Shown: positions 19,163-29,741, counted from the first letter of the stretch. The stretch is 64,000 nt of DNA from an uncultured Candidatus Saccharibacteria bacterium (GCA_964348935.1 CAYGEJ010000003.1:7287-71286), one strand, 5' to 3'. Program-made: numbers and translations. The notes: generated by a model not told the origin, from the sequence alone.

Positions 19163-20404
19163 TTAAATTAAAGTCTCTATTTCCAATAACCGATTATACT
19201 TTGCTACTCTTTCTCCCCGTGATGGTGCTCCAGCTTTAATATATTCCGCATTTACCGCCACGGCTAAATCTGAAATAAAGGTGTCACATGTTTCTCCGCT
19301 TCGGTGAGAAATAATAATTTTATATTTATTTTTTTGTGCTAATTTTATAGCAGAAATCGTTTCTGTAAGCGTACCAATTTGGTTCAACTTAATTAAAACC
19401 GAATTGGCAATTTTTTGAGTAACTCCCATTTGGATTCTAACTGGGTTCGTAACAAATAAATCATCGCCAATTAACAATGTTTCATTCCCTAGATTCTGAG
19501 TCAAAAACTTCCAACCCAGAAAATCATCTTCTGCACAGCCGTCTTCAATTGCCATAATTGGGTATTTTGACATCCATTTTTTATAAATTTGAAATATATT
19601 TGAAGGCTTAGCGGAAATTTTTGAAGCCTTAAGTTCATAAGTACCGCTTTTGGAATTGAAAAATTCACTAGAAGCTGCGTCTATACCCAAGGCAAATTCT
19701 GTTTCTAATTTATAACCTGCAGTTTTTATTGCCTGCTCAAGCTGTTTAAAAGCTTCTTCATTACTAGCAAGTTTGGGTGCAAATCCACCTTCATCGCCTA
19801 CAGATGTTGCCAACTTTTTATTTGCTAATTGCACTTTTAAAATATGAAACACTTCCGCACCCATTCTCAACTTGTTTGCAAAACTGCCTTTGAGTGGAAT
19901 AATAAAAAATTCTTGAATATCTAAACCACTGTCGGCGTGTACACCACCATTTATAACGTTAAAAAATGGTGTGGGAAGAGTTTTTTTCTCATAACCATAC
20001 TTATTGCTCAAGTATTCAAATAGTTCTTGTTTTTGAAGTTTTGCACCCAAACGAGCAACAGCCATAGAAACAGATAAAATAGCATTCGCACCAAGTTTTG
20101 CTTTATTTTCTGTACCATCAAGTTCCAACATAGCTTTATCCACAACTTCTTGGTCCGTTGCACTTAAGCCTACCACTACTTTGGAAATTTTATCGTTTAC
20201 ATTTTTACACGCTTTAAGAACACCCAATCCACCATATCGTTTTTCATCGCCATCTCTAAGCTCTAAAGCCTCGTGAACACCAGTAGAAGCACCACTGGGA
20301 ACACTCGCGGTTGCGTATGCATCCCCTACCCAAATCGTGGTTTGCACAGTTGGGTTACCCCTGCTGTCTAACACCTCCGAAGCGTAGATTTTAGTAATTT
20401 TCAT
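19163..20404 (-). CDS. eno: Enolase
   Basis: 413 aa. EVLDSRGNPTV, SHRSGETED-like and IKLNQIGT signatures. Confidence 0.95.
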   Translation of the reverse strand: MKITKIYASEVLDSRGNPTVQTTIWVGDAYATASVPSGASTGVHEALELRDGDEKRYGGLGVLKACKNVNDKISKVVVGLSATDQEVVDKAMLELDGTENKAKLGANAILSVSMAVARLGAKLQKQELFEYLSNKYGYEKKTLPTPFFNVINGGVHADSGLDIQEFFIIPLKGSFANKLRMGAEVFHILKVQLANKKLATSVGDEGGFAPKLASNEEAFKQLEQAIKTAGYKLETEFALGIDAASSEFFNSKSGTYELKASKISAKPSNIFQIYKKWMSKYPIMAIEDGCAEDDFLGWKFLTQNLGNETLLIGDDLFVTNPVRIQMGVTQKIANSVLIKLNQIGTLTETISAIKLAQKNKYKIIISHRSGETCDTFISDLAVAVNAEYIKAGAPSRGERVAKYNRLLEIETLI

Positions 20405-20472
20405 GGAGTTTGATAATTAATTCACCTTAATTATAACATAAAAATCCCGTTTTAACGGGATTTAACTTACTC

Positions 20473-21153
20473 TTAATCTTTAATCCTACGACCTGTAATA
20501 AAATCATAGAAAGGACCTACCATTGTACCAAATGCAAACGCCCACCACAATTCCTCAATAGGAATTTTAAATACAAATAAACCTGTTAAATTTTGTAACA
20601 TCCACCAACGATTAAACACATCAGGAAACATTTTAATAAACAAAGTATAAAACAAAATAATTAAAATTAGCATGCTTACCCCCCCACCCAAGGCTTCTGC
20701 TGTTAAATCTGTACGATAAAATAATATAAATAAACTAATAATGCCGAATAAAAAGATACTCGCGTAAATAGAGTTTACACCCAAAGATATTAAGCTACCC
20801 AAAATTAAAATTGCGACTACTACACTTGCTGGAACAAACCACATCCAATTATGGCTCTTATCTTTTCTTTTGCTAAAGAATTTATGGAAAATTTCCTTAT
20901 AAACCACACAGGCAATCCCCCCAATAAAAAAACCAAACAAGAAATCTTCAATTCCTATTGAATTACCAAAAAGTAAATCAGGCCTCCAATAATCTCGTAA
21001 ATAAATAATTTGTGATATAGGACCGCATACACCAAACACAAAACTTGTTACCAGTAATTCATGCCTTAAATCTTTTCTGTAAAAATATAAAAATAACCAA
21101 AAAGATCCGAGCAATAAATCTCCAATTAAATATGCATAAGTATAAGAAAACAT
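20473..21153 (-). CDS. Polytopic membrane protein of unknown function
   Basis: 226 aa, about 6 TM segments, Trp-rich. Confidence 0.4.
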   Translation of the reverse strand: MFSYTYAYLIGDLLLGSFWLFLYFYRKDLRHELLVTSFVFGVCGPISQIIYLRDYWRPDLLFGNSIGIEDFLFGFFIGGIACVVYKEIFHKFFSKRKDKSHNWMWFVPASVVVAILILGSLISLGVNSIYASIFLFGIISLFILFYRTDLTAEALGGGVSMLILIILFYTLFIKMFPDVFNRWWMLQNLTGLFVFKIPIEELWWAFAFGTMVGPFYDFITGRRIKD

Positions 21154-21156
21154 ATT

Positions 21157-22386
21157 TTATTTTAAAGCTTCTATCCCAGGAAGTTTTTTACCGGCTAAAT
21201 ATTCGAGCATTGCCCCACCTCCAGTGGATACATGATCTATATGGCTAAATTGATGAGAAAGCCTAATTGCATTAACAGTTTCACCTCCTCCGGCAACCAC
21301 AAAGGCTTTTCTACTTGCCACCGCGCCAACAATCCTAGAAAGCGACATAGTAGCCATATCAAACGGTTTAACTTCAAATAAACCCAATGGGCCGTTCCAA
21401 ACAATAGTCTTGGCTATTTTCAATTCCTTTGCATAAGTCATTATAGTCTTCGGCCCGGCATCTAAAATAATTTCCTTTTTGCCCACTTCATAAGGAGCGC
21501 AACATCTAATTGAATGCCTTTCCATTTTCTCGTTACTCACCACAACGTCTAAAGGTAGGACTATTTTTTGTTTAAAATTCTTTTCTAAAATCCACGCGGT
21601 TTTTACCGCTTCTTTTTCCACTTTAGACAAACCTATTTCATATCCCTTGCTTAAGAATAACAAGTTGGCAATTCCACCCCCAAGCAAAATTTTAGTGGCT
21701 TTTTCTCCTAAATTTTTTATTGTTTCAACCTTGTCCGATATTTTTATCCCACCAACCATTAATACAAACGGATTTTTATGCTTATGTAAAACCGAGTCTA
21801 AAAATTTAATTTCTTTTTCCAACAGTAAACCACAATAGGAAGGTAAATATTTGGTAATAGCCGAAATTGAACTTGCCTTTCTATGATCTACTCCAAAAGC
21901 GTCATTTACATAAACCTCCGCAAGTGCGGATAATTTTTTTGCAAAAGTTAAATCATTTTCTTCTTCACCTTCATAAAAGCGAAGATTTTCCAATAAAACC
22001 ACGTCTTTACTTTCTAAAGTTTCTAGTTGTTTTCGGTTTTTTTCTTCAACAATATTCCCGGTATAAAAAACCAAATGAGGAGTCGGATAGCTTGGAACCT
22101 TAGATCCAGATTCTACAAATTTTAAATTCAATAAATGCGACAATAATTCGGCAACAGGTTTTAAAGAATATTTTTTGTCTCTTTTGCCTTCCGGTCTGCC
22201 CAAATGACCACAAACAATAACTTTATTTCCGTTACCCCTTAAATATTCAATTGTAGGAATAACTTGCTCAATTCTAAAAGCATCACCCACCTTGCCGGTT
22301 TTTTTATCCAAAGGGACATTTACATCCACCCTCAGGAGTACGGTTTTATTTTTGATATTTGATTTTGATAAATATTTAATTGCCAT
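21157..22386 (-). CDS. pgk: Phosphoglycerate kinase
   Basis: 409 aa. LLRVDVNVPLD N-terminus and GGGA...STGGGA C-terminus. Confidence 0.9.
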   Translation of the reverse strand: MAIKYLSKSNIKNKTVLLRVDVNVPLDKKTGKVGDAFRIEQVIPTIEYLRGNGNKVIVCGHLGRPEGKRDKKYSLKPVAELLSHLLNLKFVESGSKVPSYPTPHLVFYTGNIVEEKNRKQLETLESKDVVLLENLRFYEGEEENDLTFAKKLSALAEVYVNDAFGVDHRKASSISAITKYLPSYCGLLLEKEIKFLDSVLHKHKNPFVLMVGGIKISDKVETIKNLGEKATKILLGGGIANLLFLSKGYEIGLSKVEKEAVKTAWILEKNFKQKIVLPLDVVVSNEKMERHSIRCCAPYEVGKKEIILDAGPKTIMTYAKELKIAKTIVWNGPLGLFEVKPFDMATMSLSRIVGAVASRKAFVVAGGGETVNAIRLSHQFSHIDHVSTGGGAMLEYLAGKKLPGIEALK

Positions 22387-22388
22387 TT

Positions 22389-23423
22389 TTATTTCTGACC
22401 TATCAGAATTGTTTCCTCTACTAATCTATTACTATAACCAAATTCATTATCATACCAAGCAATTACTTTTAAGAAGTTCCCGTCCACCACTTGTGTTAAA
22501 CCTAAATCCACAACGCAAGAAGCGGGATTCCCTACTATATCTGCTAAAACCAATTGTTCATTACTCGCTTCTAAAATACCTTTGTATTTCGGACTTGAGG
22601 CAGCATCTATAAACGCTTGATTAACTTCTTCTTTAGTGACATTTTTTTTCATTAACAAAGTAAAGTCCGACAAAGAGCCTACTGGAGTAGGTACTCGAAA
22701 TGACACCCCGTCAAACTTCCCCTTTAATTCAGGGATAACTTGGGCTGCAGAAATAGCCGCACCTGTGGTAGTTGGAATAATATTTACAGCCGCTGCTCTG
22801 GCACGTCGCAAATCATTCGCCTTACCACCCGGTGGTGGCCCGTCTACCAAATTTTGTTCTGCTGTATAACTGTGAATAGTAGACATAAATGCTTTTTCAA
22901 TACCAAATTTATTTTGCAAAACGTCTAATACCGGAGCAATACAGTTGGTTGTGCAAGAAGCATTACTTACAATTGGCTGACCATTATAATTACCTGCATT
23001 CACACCGAGGACTATTGTTGGAGTTACGCCTTCGTCTTTAGCAGGTGCAGAAATAACTACGTGCTTGGCTCCGGCTTTAATATGTGCAGAAGCGGAAGCA
23101 CTATCGGTGAACCTACCGGTACTCTCAATTACTACATCCGTATTAAACTTTCCCCATGGAAGATTAACCGGGTCTTTTTCGGCTGTAACTGGATATTTTT
23201 TTCCATCCACAATTATATTTGTTTCGTCAAAACTAATTTCGTGATGAAATCTGCCGTAGTTACTGTCATACTTTAACAAGTGTGCTAATACGGATGTAGC
23301 TGATAAATCATTTATTCCAACAATTTCAATTTCCGGTTTATCCATAGCAATCTTAAAAGCCTGTCTGCCAATTCGTCCAAAACCATTTATGCCTACTTTT
23401 ACTTTTTTTGCTCCGCCGAACAT
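22389..23423 (-). CDS. gap: Glyceraldehyde-3-phosphate dehydrogenase
   Basis: 344 aa. INGFGRIGR Rossmann motif and the ASCTTNC active-site Cys. Confidence 0.95.
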   Translation of the reverse strand: MFGGAKKVKVGINGFGRIGRQAFKIAMDKPEIEIVGINDLSATSVLAHLLKYDSNYGRFHHEISFDETNIIVDGKKYPVTAEKDPVNLPWGKFNTDVVIESTGRFTDSASASAHIKAGAKHVVISAPAKDEGVTPTIVLGVNAGNYNGQPIVSNASCTTNCIAPVLDVLQNKFGIEKAFMSTIHSYTAEQNLVDGPPPGGKANDLRRARAAAVNIIPTTTGAAISAAQVIPELKGKFDGVSFRVPTPVGSLSDFTLLMKKNVTKEEVNQAFIDAASSPKYKGILEASNEQLVLADIVGNPASCVVDLGLTQVVDGNFLKVIAWYDNEFGYSNRLVEETILIGQK

Positions 23424-23480
23424 AAATTATAATCTCCTTGTGTATTAATTTTATTGGTAAATCTTCTTTTATTTTCTATT

Positions 23481-23717
23481 CTAATTTTCTGCTTGATTCT
23501 TTAATAAATTTGTTGTTATTTTCTGCTGTTTTAGTTTATTTTCTTTCTTTATTCTAATCTGTTCGTGAGTTACTGGCAAATCTTGATATTCTGCAACGAA
23601 CAACAACTGACTTTTCCAAAATAATACCGAAGAAAATAAAATTATCCCAATAAATACAATAATACTAAACCTTAAGACGAAATTTGGATCACGAACTCCG
23701 GACCCAGAAATTGGCAT
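23481..23717 (-). CDS. Small membrane protein
   Basis: 78 aa with one TM. Confidence 0.3.
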   Translation of the reverse strand: MPISGSGVRDPNFVLRFSIIVFIGIILFSSVLFWKSQLLFVAEYQDLPVTHEQIRIKKENKLKQQKITTNLLKNQAEN

Positions 23718-23728
23718 AATGCAAAAAA

Positions 23729-24745
23729 TTAATCTTTTTTCTTTTCAATCAAATCCATAACATGCTTTTTCGTTTTATCATTTTCTATAGAAATCACTTT
23801 AAATTTCTTTAATTTCTTCAAATTAGTTTCAATCTCGTGCCTTTTTAACAAACCAGCCTGTGGACCAATTTGCTTCACCACACTCCCAGCATTCACCGGA
23901 CCCCACTGCAAAGCTTCCTCGTGAGTTTTACCATAAACTAAGGCAGCTATATAAGCCGTGGTAAAACCATCACCAGCTCCTGTAGCCTCTACTCGTGGTC
24001 CTGGGTATTCCGGAATATAATAAAAGCCCTCAGCACTGTAACTATAAGCCCCTTTACGACCGTCAGTTAAGGCAACCGCCTTTGGTCCAAGCTTGGAAAG
24101 TTTTCTACATAATTCTTCAGGATCACGGTCGCAATCACCGACCCAGCCTTGGGCTTCCTCAACATTAACCGAAAGCAAATTTGTACGTTTTAAAATTTCC
24201 AAATTGGCTTTTACACCAGCTCGGAGCTGGAAAGTCCCAGGATTGAAACCAAGCTTTACATTATATTTATCCAAATATTTACATAAATCTTTATAAATAG
24301 CCTCAAAACCTTCGCCCATACTTGTTAAATAAACCCACTGTGAAGACGAAAAAGAAGGCAACTTATATTTTCTATGTTCGTGATAAACTAAAATTGTCCG
24401 TTCACCTTTAAAAGAGATAACAGTAGATGCGTTAGTTGGATGCCTGTCATTCTTTTGAATATATTTGGTAGAGACGCCCTCTTTTTCCATTTTATGATAT
24501 ATTTCTCTTCCACCGGTATCATGAGCAAAGACCGTATAAAAAGCAGTTGTCAGTCCAAGCCGAGAAGAACCCACAGCATTATTTGCAGCATTCCCTGCAA
24601 CAGTACGATAAAATTTATCTACTGGTAATTTATCACCCCAATTAATCATTGCTTTTTTTACACCTTTAACCTCCACAACTTCAATGTCATGAATGAGTAA
24701 AAATGTGTCTATGGTAGCATCACCTATTGATATTATGTCGAACAT
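23729..24745 (-). CDS. PfkB-family carbohydrate kinase (ribokinase or 6-phosphofructokinase-2-like)
   Basis: 338 aa. ATGAGDGF motif and N-terminal GG region. Sits between gap and transketolase. Confidence 0.7.
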   Translation of the reverse strand: MFDIISIGDATIDTFLLIHDIEVVEVKGVKKAMINWGDKLPVDKFYRTVAGNAANNAVGSSRLGLTTAFYTVFAHDTGGREIYHKMEKEGVSTKYIQKNDRHPTNASTVISFKGERTILVYHEHRKYKLPSFSSSQWVYLTSMGEGFEAIYKDLCKYLDKYNVKLGFNPGTFQLRAGVKANLEILKRTNLLSVNVEEAQGWVGDCDRDPEELCRKLSKLGPKAVALTDGRKGAYSYSAEGFYYIPEYPGPRVEATGAGDGFTTAYIAALVYGKTHEEALQWGPVNAGSVVKQIGPQAGLLKRHEIETNLKKLKKFKVISIENDKTKKHVMDLIEKKKD

Positions 24746-24756
24746 TGAATTAGTGC

Positions 24757-25746
24757 TTAGTTATTAGATATTTTTTGTTTTCTTGCAATAACTTTCCTTA
24801 CTGCTTCTATAACGGCTTTTTTATCCATTTTATATTTTTCTAAAAGTTCTTCCGGTTTACCACTTTCTCCAAAACTATTTTGCATACCAACCATTTCCAC
24901 AGGCACTGGATAGTTTTGAGCTAGCACCTCGCACACCGCACTACCACAACCACCCATAACTTGATGCTCTTCTAAAGTTACCACAGCCCCGCATTTTTTA
25001 GCAGCATGTATTATCGTTTCCGAATCTATTGGTTTAATAGTGTGATTATTTACAACCATAACACTTATACCTTCTTTTTCCAATTCTATAGCAGCAAGCA
25101 TAGCGTTATACAATACCGGACCACTCCCAATTACCGCTACATCAGTACCTTCCCGAAAAATTATAGCTTTGCCAATTTCAAAAGGTGTTGTTCCGGTAGT
25201 CATAACCGGAGTTTTTTCCCGGGCAAATCTGAAATATGCCGGACCCTGCATTTTCCCTAATGCCAATGTGGCTTTTTTAGTTTCTATGCTGTCACAGGGC
25301 ACAACCACAGTTAAATTTGGTAAAGTTCTGGTTATGGCAATATCCTCTAGGGCTTGGTGAGTGGCTCCATCCGGTCCAACAGATATACCGGTATGCGCTC
25401 CAGCGACTTTAACATTCGCTTTACTATAACAAACACTTACCCGCAACTGATCCCAATTTCGGCCTGGTGAAAATACTGCATAACTTGAAACGAATGGGGT
25501 TTTCCCATAAAGCGCCAACCCCGCAGCAATGCCCATCATATTCTGCTCCGCAACTCCACATTCCACAAATTGATCAGGAAATCTTTTAGCAAAATCTAAT
25601 ACCCGAGTACTTTCTGCTAAGTCTGCTGTTAAAACTACCACATTTTTATCCGCTTCACCCAATTCCAAAAGCGCCTCACCGTAGCCATTTCTGGTCGGCA
25701 CTTGTTCAATATCTGCCTGTCCAATTTTTGGATTTAGACTGTTCAT
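24757..25746 (-). CDS. Transketolase, C-terminal (pyrimidine-binding) subunit
   Basis: 329 aa, starting at the Pyr domain (VPTRNGYGEAL...). Confidence 0.85.
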   Translation of the reverse strand: MNSLNPKIGQADIEQVPTRNGYGEALLELGEADKNVVVLTADLAESTRVLDFAKRFPDQFVECGVAEQNMMGIAAGLALYGKTPFVSSYAVFSPGRNWDQLRVSVCYSKANVKVAGAHTGISVGPDGATHQALEDIAITRTLPNLTVVVPCDSIETKKATLALGKMQGPAYFRFAREKTPVMTTGTTPFEIGKAIIFREGTDVAVIGSGPVLYNAMLAAIELEKEGISVMVVNNHTIKPIDSETIIHAAKKCGAVVTLEEHQVMGGCGSAVCEVLAQNYPVPVEMVGMQNSFGESGKPEELLEKYKMDKKAVIEAVRKVIARKQKISNN

Positions 25747-25749
25747 ATT

Positions 25750-25968
25750 TTATTCTTGTAGTTTTGCAATTTCCCATTTATCTGCCAATCCGTACATTTG
25801 CTCAATTGTCTTAGCAGTTGAAATCTCAGTTAAATACTTGCCCAATTTTTCTTCCATATTTAGTCCTTTCAATTTGGTATAGATTTTATCAGACAAATAA
25901 CTTTCATATTTCACTAATAAATCTTTTTCACTACTACCCCCTCCAAATTCTTCTTTTCTATATTCCAT
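25750..25968 (-). CDS. Small hypothetical ORF between the two transketolase halves
   Basis: 72 aa, charged, no motif recognised. Confidence 0.3.
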   Translation of the reverse strand: MEYRKEEFGGGSSEKDLLVKYESYLSDKIYTKLKGLNMEEKLGKYLTEISTAKTIEQMYGLADKWEIAKLQE

Positions 25969-25992
25969 AATTCTAAATTCAATATTCTAGTG

Positions 25993-26841
25993 CTATTGAT
26001 GTTCACTTGTTATCTTCCCTCGCATTGTCCTAAGTTCATCAAGCGCGATTTTTGATTGTTCTTTATTTGGCGGATTACCGTGCCACTTATAGTCGCCTTC
26101 CATAAAATCTACCCCCTTACCGGCAATTGTATGAGCTATAATAATCGTTGGTTTTTCGTAAATTGCTTTCGCCTCCATACAGGCATCTATAATTGATTGG
26201 ATGTTATGTCCGTCAACTTCCAAAACATGCCAACCAAAAGCTTTGTACTTTGCAGACAAGTCTTCTAAAGGCATAATATCTTCCGTGTATCCGTCTATCT
26301 GAATATTATTCCTATCCATTATTGCGGTAATATTGTTGAGTCTGTTATTTCCTGCAAACATTATTGCTTCCCAAATCTGCCCTTCTTGTTGTTCCCCATC
26401 TGACATAATTAAATATACGCGATTATGTTTATGATCCATTTTCAAACCCAATGCCTGACCAACCGCCTGACTAGAACCTTGAGAAAGCGGACCGCTAGTG
26501 TTTTCTATTCCAGGCAAAGCTAAATTATGTGGATGACCTTGTAACCTAGTATCTAATTTCCTTAAAGTTTTTAATTCCTCTTTTGGAAAGTACCCTGCTT
26601 CCGCCATAGTCGCATAAAGTACCGGGCAAATATGTCCGCAAGACAATATTAACCTGTCCCGACCTTCCCATTTTGGATCTTCTGGTTTATGATTCATTAC
26701 ACTAAAATATAATGCCGAAAAGACATCTGCCATATCAAGCGGACCCGCACTATGACCGCTCCCTGCGGTAACCAACATTTCTATAATATCTTGGCGAATA
26801 CTATTGGCTTTAAATTGTACTTCGTTTGATGATAATTTCAT
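25993..26841 (-). CDS. Transketolase, N-terminal (TPP-binding) subunit
   Basis: 282 aa. GSGHSAGPLDMADV and GDG...EG...N TPP motifs. Confidence 0.85.
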   Translation of the reverse strand: MKLSSNEVQFKANSIRQDIIEMLVTAGSGHSAGPLDMADVFSALYFSVMNHKPEDPKWEGRDRLILSCGHICPVLYATMAEAGYFPKEELKTLRKLDTRLQGHPHNLALPGIENTSGPLSQGSSQAVGQALGLKMDHKHNRVYLIMSDGEQQEGQIWEAIMFAGNNRLNNITAIMDRNNIQIDGYTEDIMPLEDLSAKYKAFGWHVLEVDGHNIQSIIDACMEAKAIYEKPTIIIAHTIAGKGVDFMEGDYKWHGNPPNKEQSKIALDELRTMRGKITSEHQ

Positions 26842-26896
26842 TTTGCGCTCTCCTAATTCAGAGAGTTTTAATTTATTTTTGTTTCAAAATTAAATT

Positions 26897-27535
26897 TTAA
26901 TTCACCAGCTGTTTTAATTTCTCATAATTTTCCGCCGGATTCCCTTCGTTGACAATTGCACTCCCCGCCACAATTAAATCCGCTCCAGCTTGAGAAACTT
27001 CCTTAACAACACTTAAATTAACCCCACCATCTATTTCTATTATAGCATTTGGAATAAGCTTTCTCAATTCTTTTATACGTGCTATTGTTGCCGTTATAAA
27101 ACTTTGACCTTGTTTACCAGGCACTACACTCATAATCAAATATTGGTCCGCCTCGACATCTTTCAAAATATTAATAGGTGTGGTTGGATTAATGGCAACC
27201 CCAGTCTTAAAACCCATTTTTTTAATCTCATCCAAAGTAAAATTAAGACTTTGTAAATTTTCAAACGCTTCGTAGTGCACAACTATTGTACTAAAACCTG
27301 AAAGTTGATAGTCTAAAAAATCCTTGGGATTACGAACCATTAAGTGAGCCTCCCATATAATTGCCGGATTCAAAACATCCATATCAGCAGCAGAAAGCAA
27401 CTGAGTGGTAATAAATTCCCCATCACCAAAATCTACCTGAACTCTTTCTACACCTGGGATTCTACTTATTAAAGACAGCTTTTGTTCAAAGCCTTCTTTG
27501 GTTGATTCTAATATTGCCGGAATGATTATAGACAT
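26897..27535 (-). CDS. rpe: Ribulose-phosphate 3-epimerase
   Basis: 212 aa. PAIL...HLMV...IDGGV pattern. Confidence 0.85.
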   Translation of the reverse strand: MSIIIPAILESTKEGFEQKLSLISRIPGVERVQVDFGDGEFITTQLLSAADMDVLNPAIIWEAHLMVRNPKDFLDYQLSGFSTIVVHYEAFENLQSLNFTLDEIKKMGFKTGVAINPTTPINILKDVEADQYLIMSVVPGKQGQSFITATIARIKELRKLIPNAIIEIDGGVNLSVVKEVSQAGADLIVAGSAIVNEGNPAENYEKLKQLVN

Positions 27536-27979
27536 TTATTTTTCTAGTTGGCTAATTTTATCTATTCTTCTCTGGTGCCTTCCACCGTCAAAACCTGTTT
27601 CAATAAATAAGTCTATTGCTCTTTGGACTTCTGCTTGGCTTAAAAACTTCGCCCCCAAAGATAACACATTGGCATTATTATGTTGTCTTGCAAGCGTAAT
27701 AACATCTTCATGACCACCATAATACAATACCGCTCTCACACCTTTAACCTTATTAGCAACAATTGCTTCGCCATTTCCACTCATCCCAATTACAATTCCC
27801 ATACTTCCAGGATTCTGCGAGACTTTTACAGCACATGGATAAATATAATCCGGATAGTCATCTTCTGGTTCAAATACGTGAGGTCCGCTATCCTCTACCA
27901 TTTGTCCAGTATTTTTTAAATGTTCGACAATTTTATTTTTTATTTCAAATCCTGCGTGATCAGATGCTATATAAATCAT
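27536..27979 (-). CDS. rpiB: Ribose-5-phosphate isomerase B
   Basis: 147 aa. IYIASDHAGFE N-terminus. Confidence 0.85.
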   Translation of the reverse strand: MIYIASDHAGFEIKNKIVEHLKNTGQMVEDSGPHVFEPEDDYPDYIYPCAVKVSQNPGSMGIVIGMSGNGEAIVANKVKGVRAVLYYGGHEDVITLARQHNNANVLSLGAKFLSQAEVQRAIDLFIETGFDGGRHQRRIDKISQLEK

Positions 27980-28049
27980 ATGGTAGGTTATAAGTTATAG
28001 GTGTTAAGTTTTCGCTTTAAACTACAAGCTATTAGCTAACAGCTATAAG

Positions 28050-28736
28050 CTACATATTAATTATTTGATTAAATTCTTCTGCTTTCAAACTCGCACCTCC
28101 AATTAATAGACCATCTACACTTCTTTGCTGTAAAAAAGATTTAGCGTTTTGCAAATTTACACTCCCTCCGTATAAAACTTTGTCTACTTTATACCTATTT
28201 TTTATAAATAAAGCAATTTGCTCAGCATGTTCAGGACTTGCATTCTTGCCAGTACCTATTGCCCAGACAGGCTCGTAAGCTACAATAACCTTACCGGCAT
28301 CTACACCTGCTAAACTTGCTTCCAACTGCTTTTTTAATACATCCACAACTTCCAAATCATCTTGTTCTACTGAAGTTCCAAATCCAACGCATAAAATAGG
28401 ACTTATTTTATTGACAAGCAGTGCTTTAATTTTTGCATTTATCATTTGATCAGTGTCACCTAATATACGTTTTTCACTGTGACCAACAATGGAATATTTT
28501 ATTTTTAAATCTTTTAACTGTAATGGGGAAACCTGCCCGGTAAAAGCACCCTTTTCATACCAATAACAATCTTGTGCCCCAAGATTTGGATATTTAACTT
28601 GAGAAAGATAAATAGTCGGCGGGCAAATTACAACTTTATTTTTTGCTTTTTGCAATATTGAACCAGTGAGCTTTATCGTCTCTTTTAAAGTTACAGGATT
28701 CAGTTTCCAATTAGCAACAATTAACTTCTTTGCCAT
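28050..28736 (-). CDS. tpiA: Triosephosphate isomerase
   Basis: 228 aa. VANWKLN, VGHSEKR and GGAS motifs. Confidence 0.9.
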   Translation of the reverse strand: MAKKLIVANWKLNPVTLKETIKLTGSILQKAKNKVVICPPTIYLSQVKYPNLGAQDCYWYEKGAFTGQVSPLQLKDLKIKYSIVGHSEKRILGDTDQMINAKIKALLVNKISPILCVGFGTSVEQDDLEVVDVLKKQLEASLAGVDAGKVIVAYEPVWAIGTGKNASPEHAEQIALFIKNRYKVDKVLYGGSVNLQNAKSFLQQRSVDGLLIGGASLKAEEFNQIINM

Positions 28737-28739
28737 AAA

Positions 28740-29741
28740 TTATTCTTCTCCTTTTAAGAATTTAGTACTAACCTCTGGTGGGATTGGGTTTACCGGAATA
28801 CCGGTTGCATATTCAAATCCAGCCCAAATGGTAATGCGTGGAAATATGGTCAGATGCCAATGATAAGCTTCTTCTTCGTGAGCACTGTGACGCTTGTCAG
28901 CAGCTCTTCTTAAAGGCATGTTATGAATATAAAAATTAAGTGGAGGATCGGATAGTTTGGTATAAAGCTGACCCAAGGTCACCTTGAGCACAAAAGAAAG
29001 ATGTTTAATTTCAACATCGGTCATATCTTCAAATCTCGCCCCGTGTTTTTTAGGTAATACCCAAGTTTCAAAGGGAGAACGCGAAGCATATGCCGAAATC
29101 ACTATAAAATGCTCACTTTCGTAGACAACACGTTCCTTTACGCTTATCTCCTCTTTAATAATATCACAGTATATACAACTTTTGTGGGTTTGAAAATAAT
29201 GATAGCACCCCATAATCTCACTATGAATATGAGGAGGGACAATAGGTGTGGCAATAATTTGATAATGAGGGTGAATAATACTTGCTCCGGCATCTCGTCC
29301 ATGATTATGGAAAATTTGTACGTAGGATAATTCCTGATGTTTTTCCATCTCCCCAATACGTTCAATAAAAGTTCTAATTGTTAATTCCACAATTCCAATT
29401 GACTGCAAAGCAACTGGTTCGTTGTGTGCCCGAGTTATAACCACTTCATGATCTCCATCTCCACTGTGCGAAATATAAAATTCTTTATGTCTATAAACAG
29501 TAGTGTGCTCCAGGCTGGCAAACTTATTTGGAATAATTCTAATATTCCAATTCTTACCATTTGGAGTTTTTAAAATTTCCGGATTTATATGTTCATTCCC
29601 AGGACAAAATACGCATTTCGCATCCACCTCGGGTACACCATGCATGACACTATAAGTTTTATACTGATCAGGTCTTTTACCTCGACTTGGGGCAATAAGT
29701 ACCCAGTTTTTGGTAATTGGATTTTGACGAAATTCAGACAT
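28740..29741 (-). CDS. galT: GalT-like HIT-superfamily hexose-1-phosphate nucleotidyltransferase
   Basis: 333 aa. CVFCPGNEH zinc site and HPHYQI (HxHxQ) active site. Substrate specificity cannot be set from sequence. Confidence 0.7.
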   Translation of the reverse strand: MSEFRQNPITKNWVLIAPSRGKRPDQYKTYSVMHGVPEVDAKCVFCPGNEHINPEILKTPNGKNWNIRIIPNKFASLEHTTVYRHKEFYISHSGDGDHEVVITRAHNEPVALQSIGIVELTIRTFIERIGEMEKHQELSYVQIFHNHGRDAGASIIHPHYQIIATPIVPPHIHSEIMGCYHYFQTHKSCIYCDIIKEEISVKERVVYESEHFIVISAYASRSPFETWVLPKKHGARFEDMTDVEIKHLSFVLKVTLGQLYTKLSDPPLNFYIHNMPLRRAADKRHSAHEEEAYHWHLTIFPRITIWAGFEYATGIPVNPIPPEVSTKFLKGEE

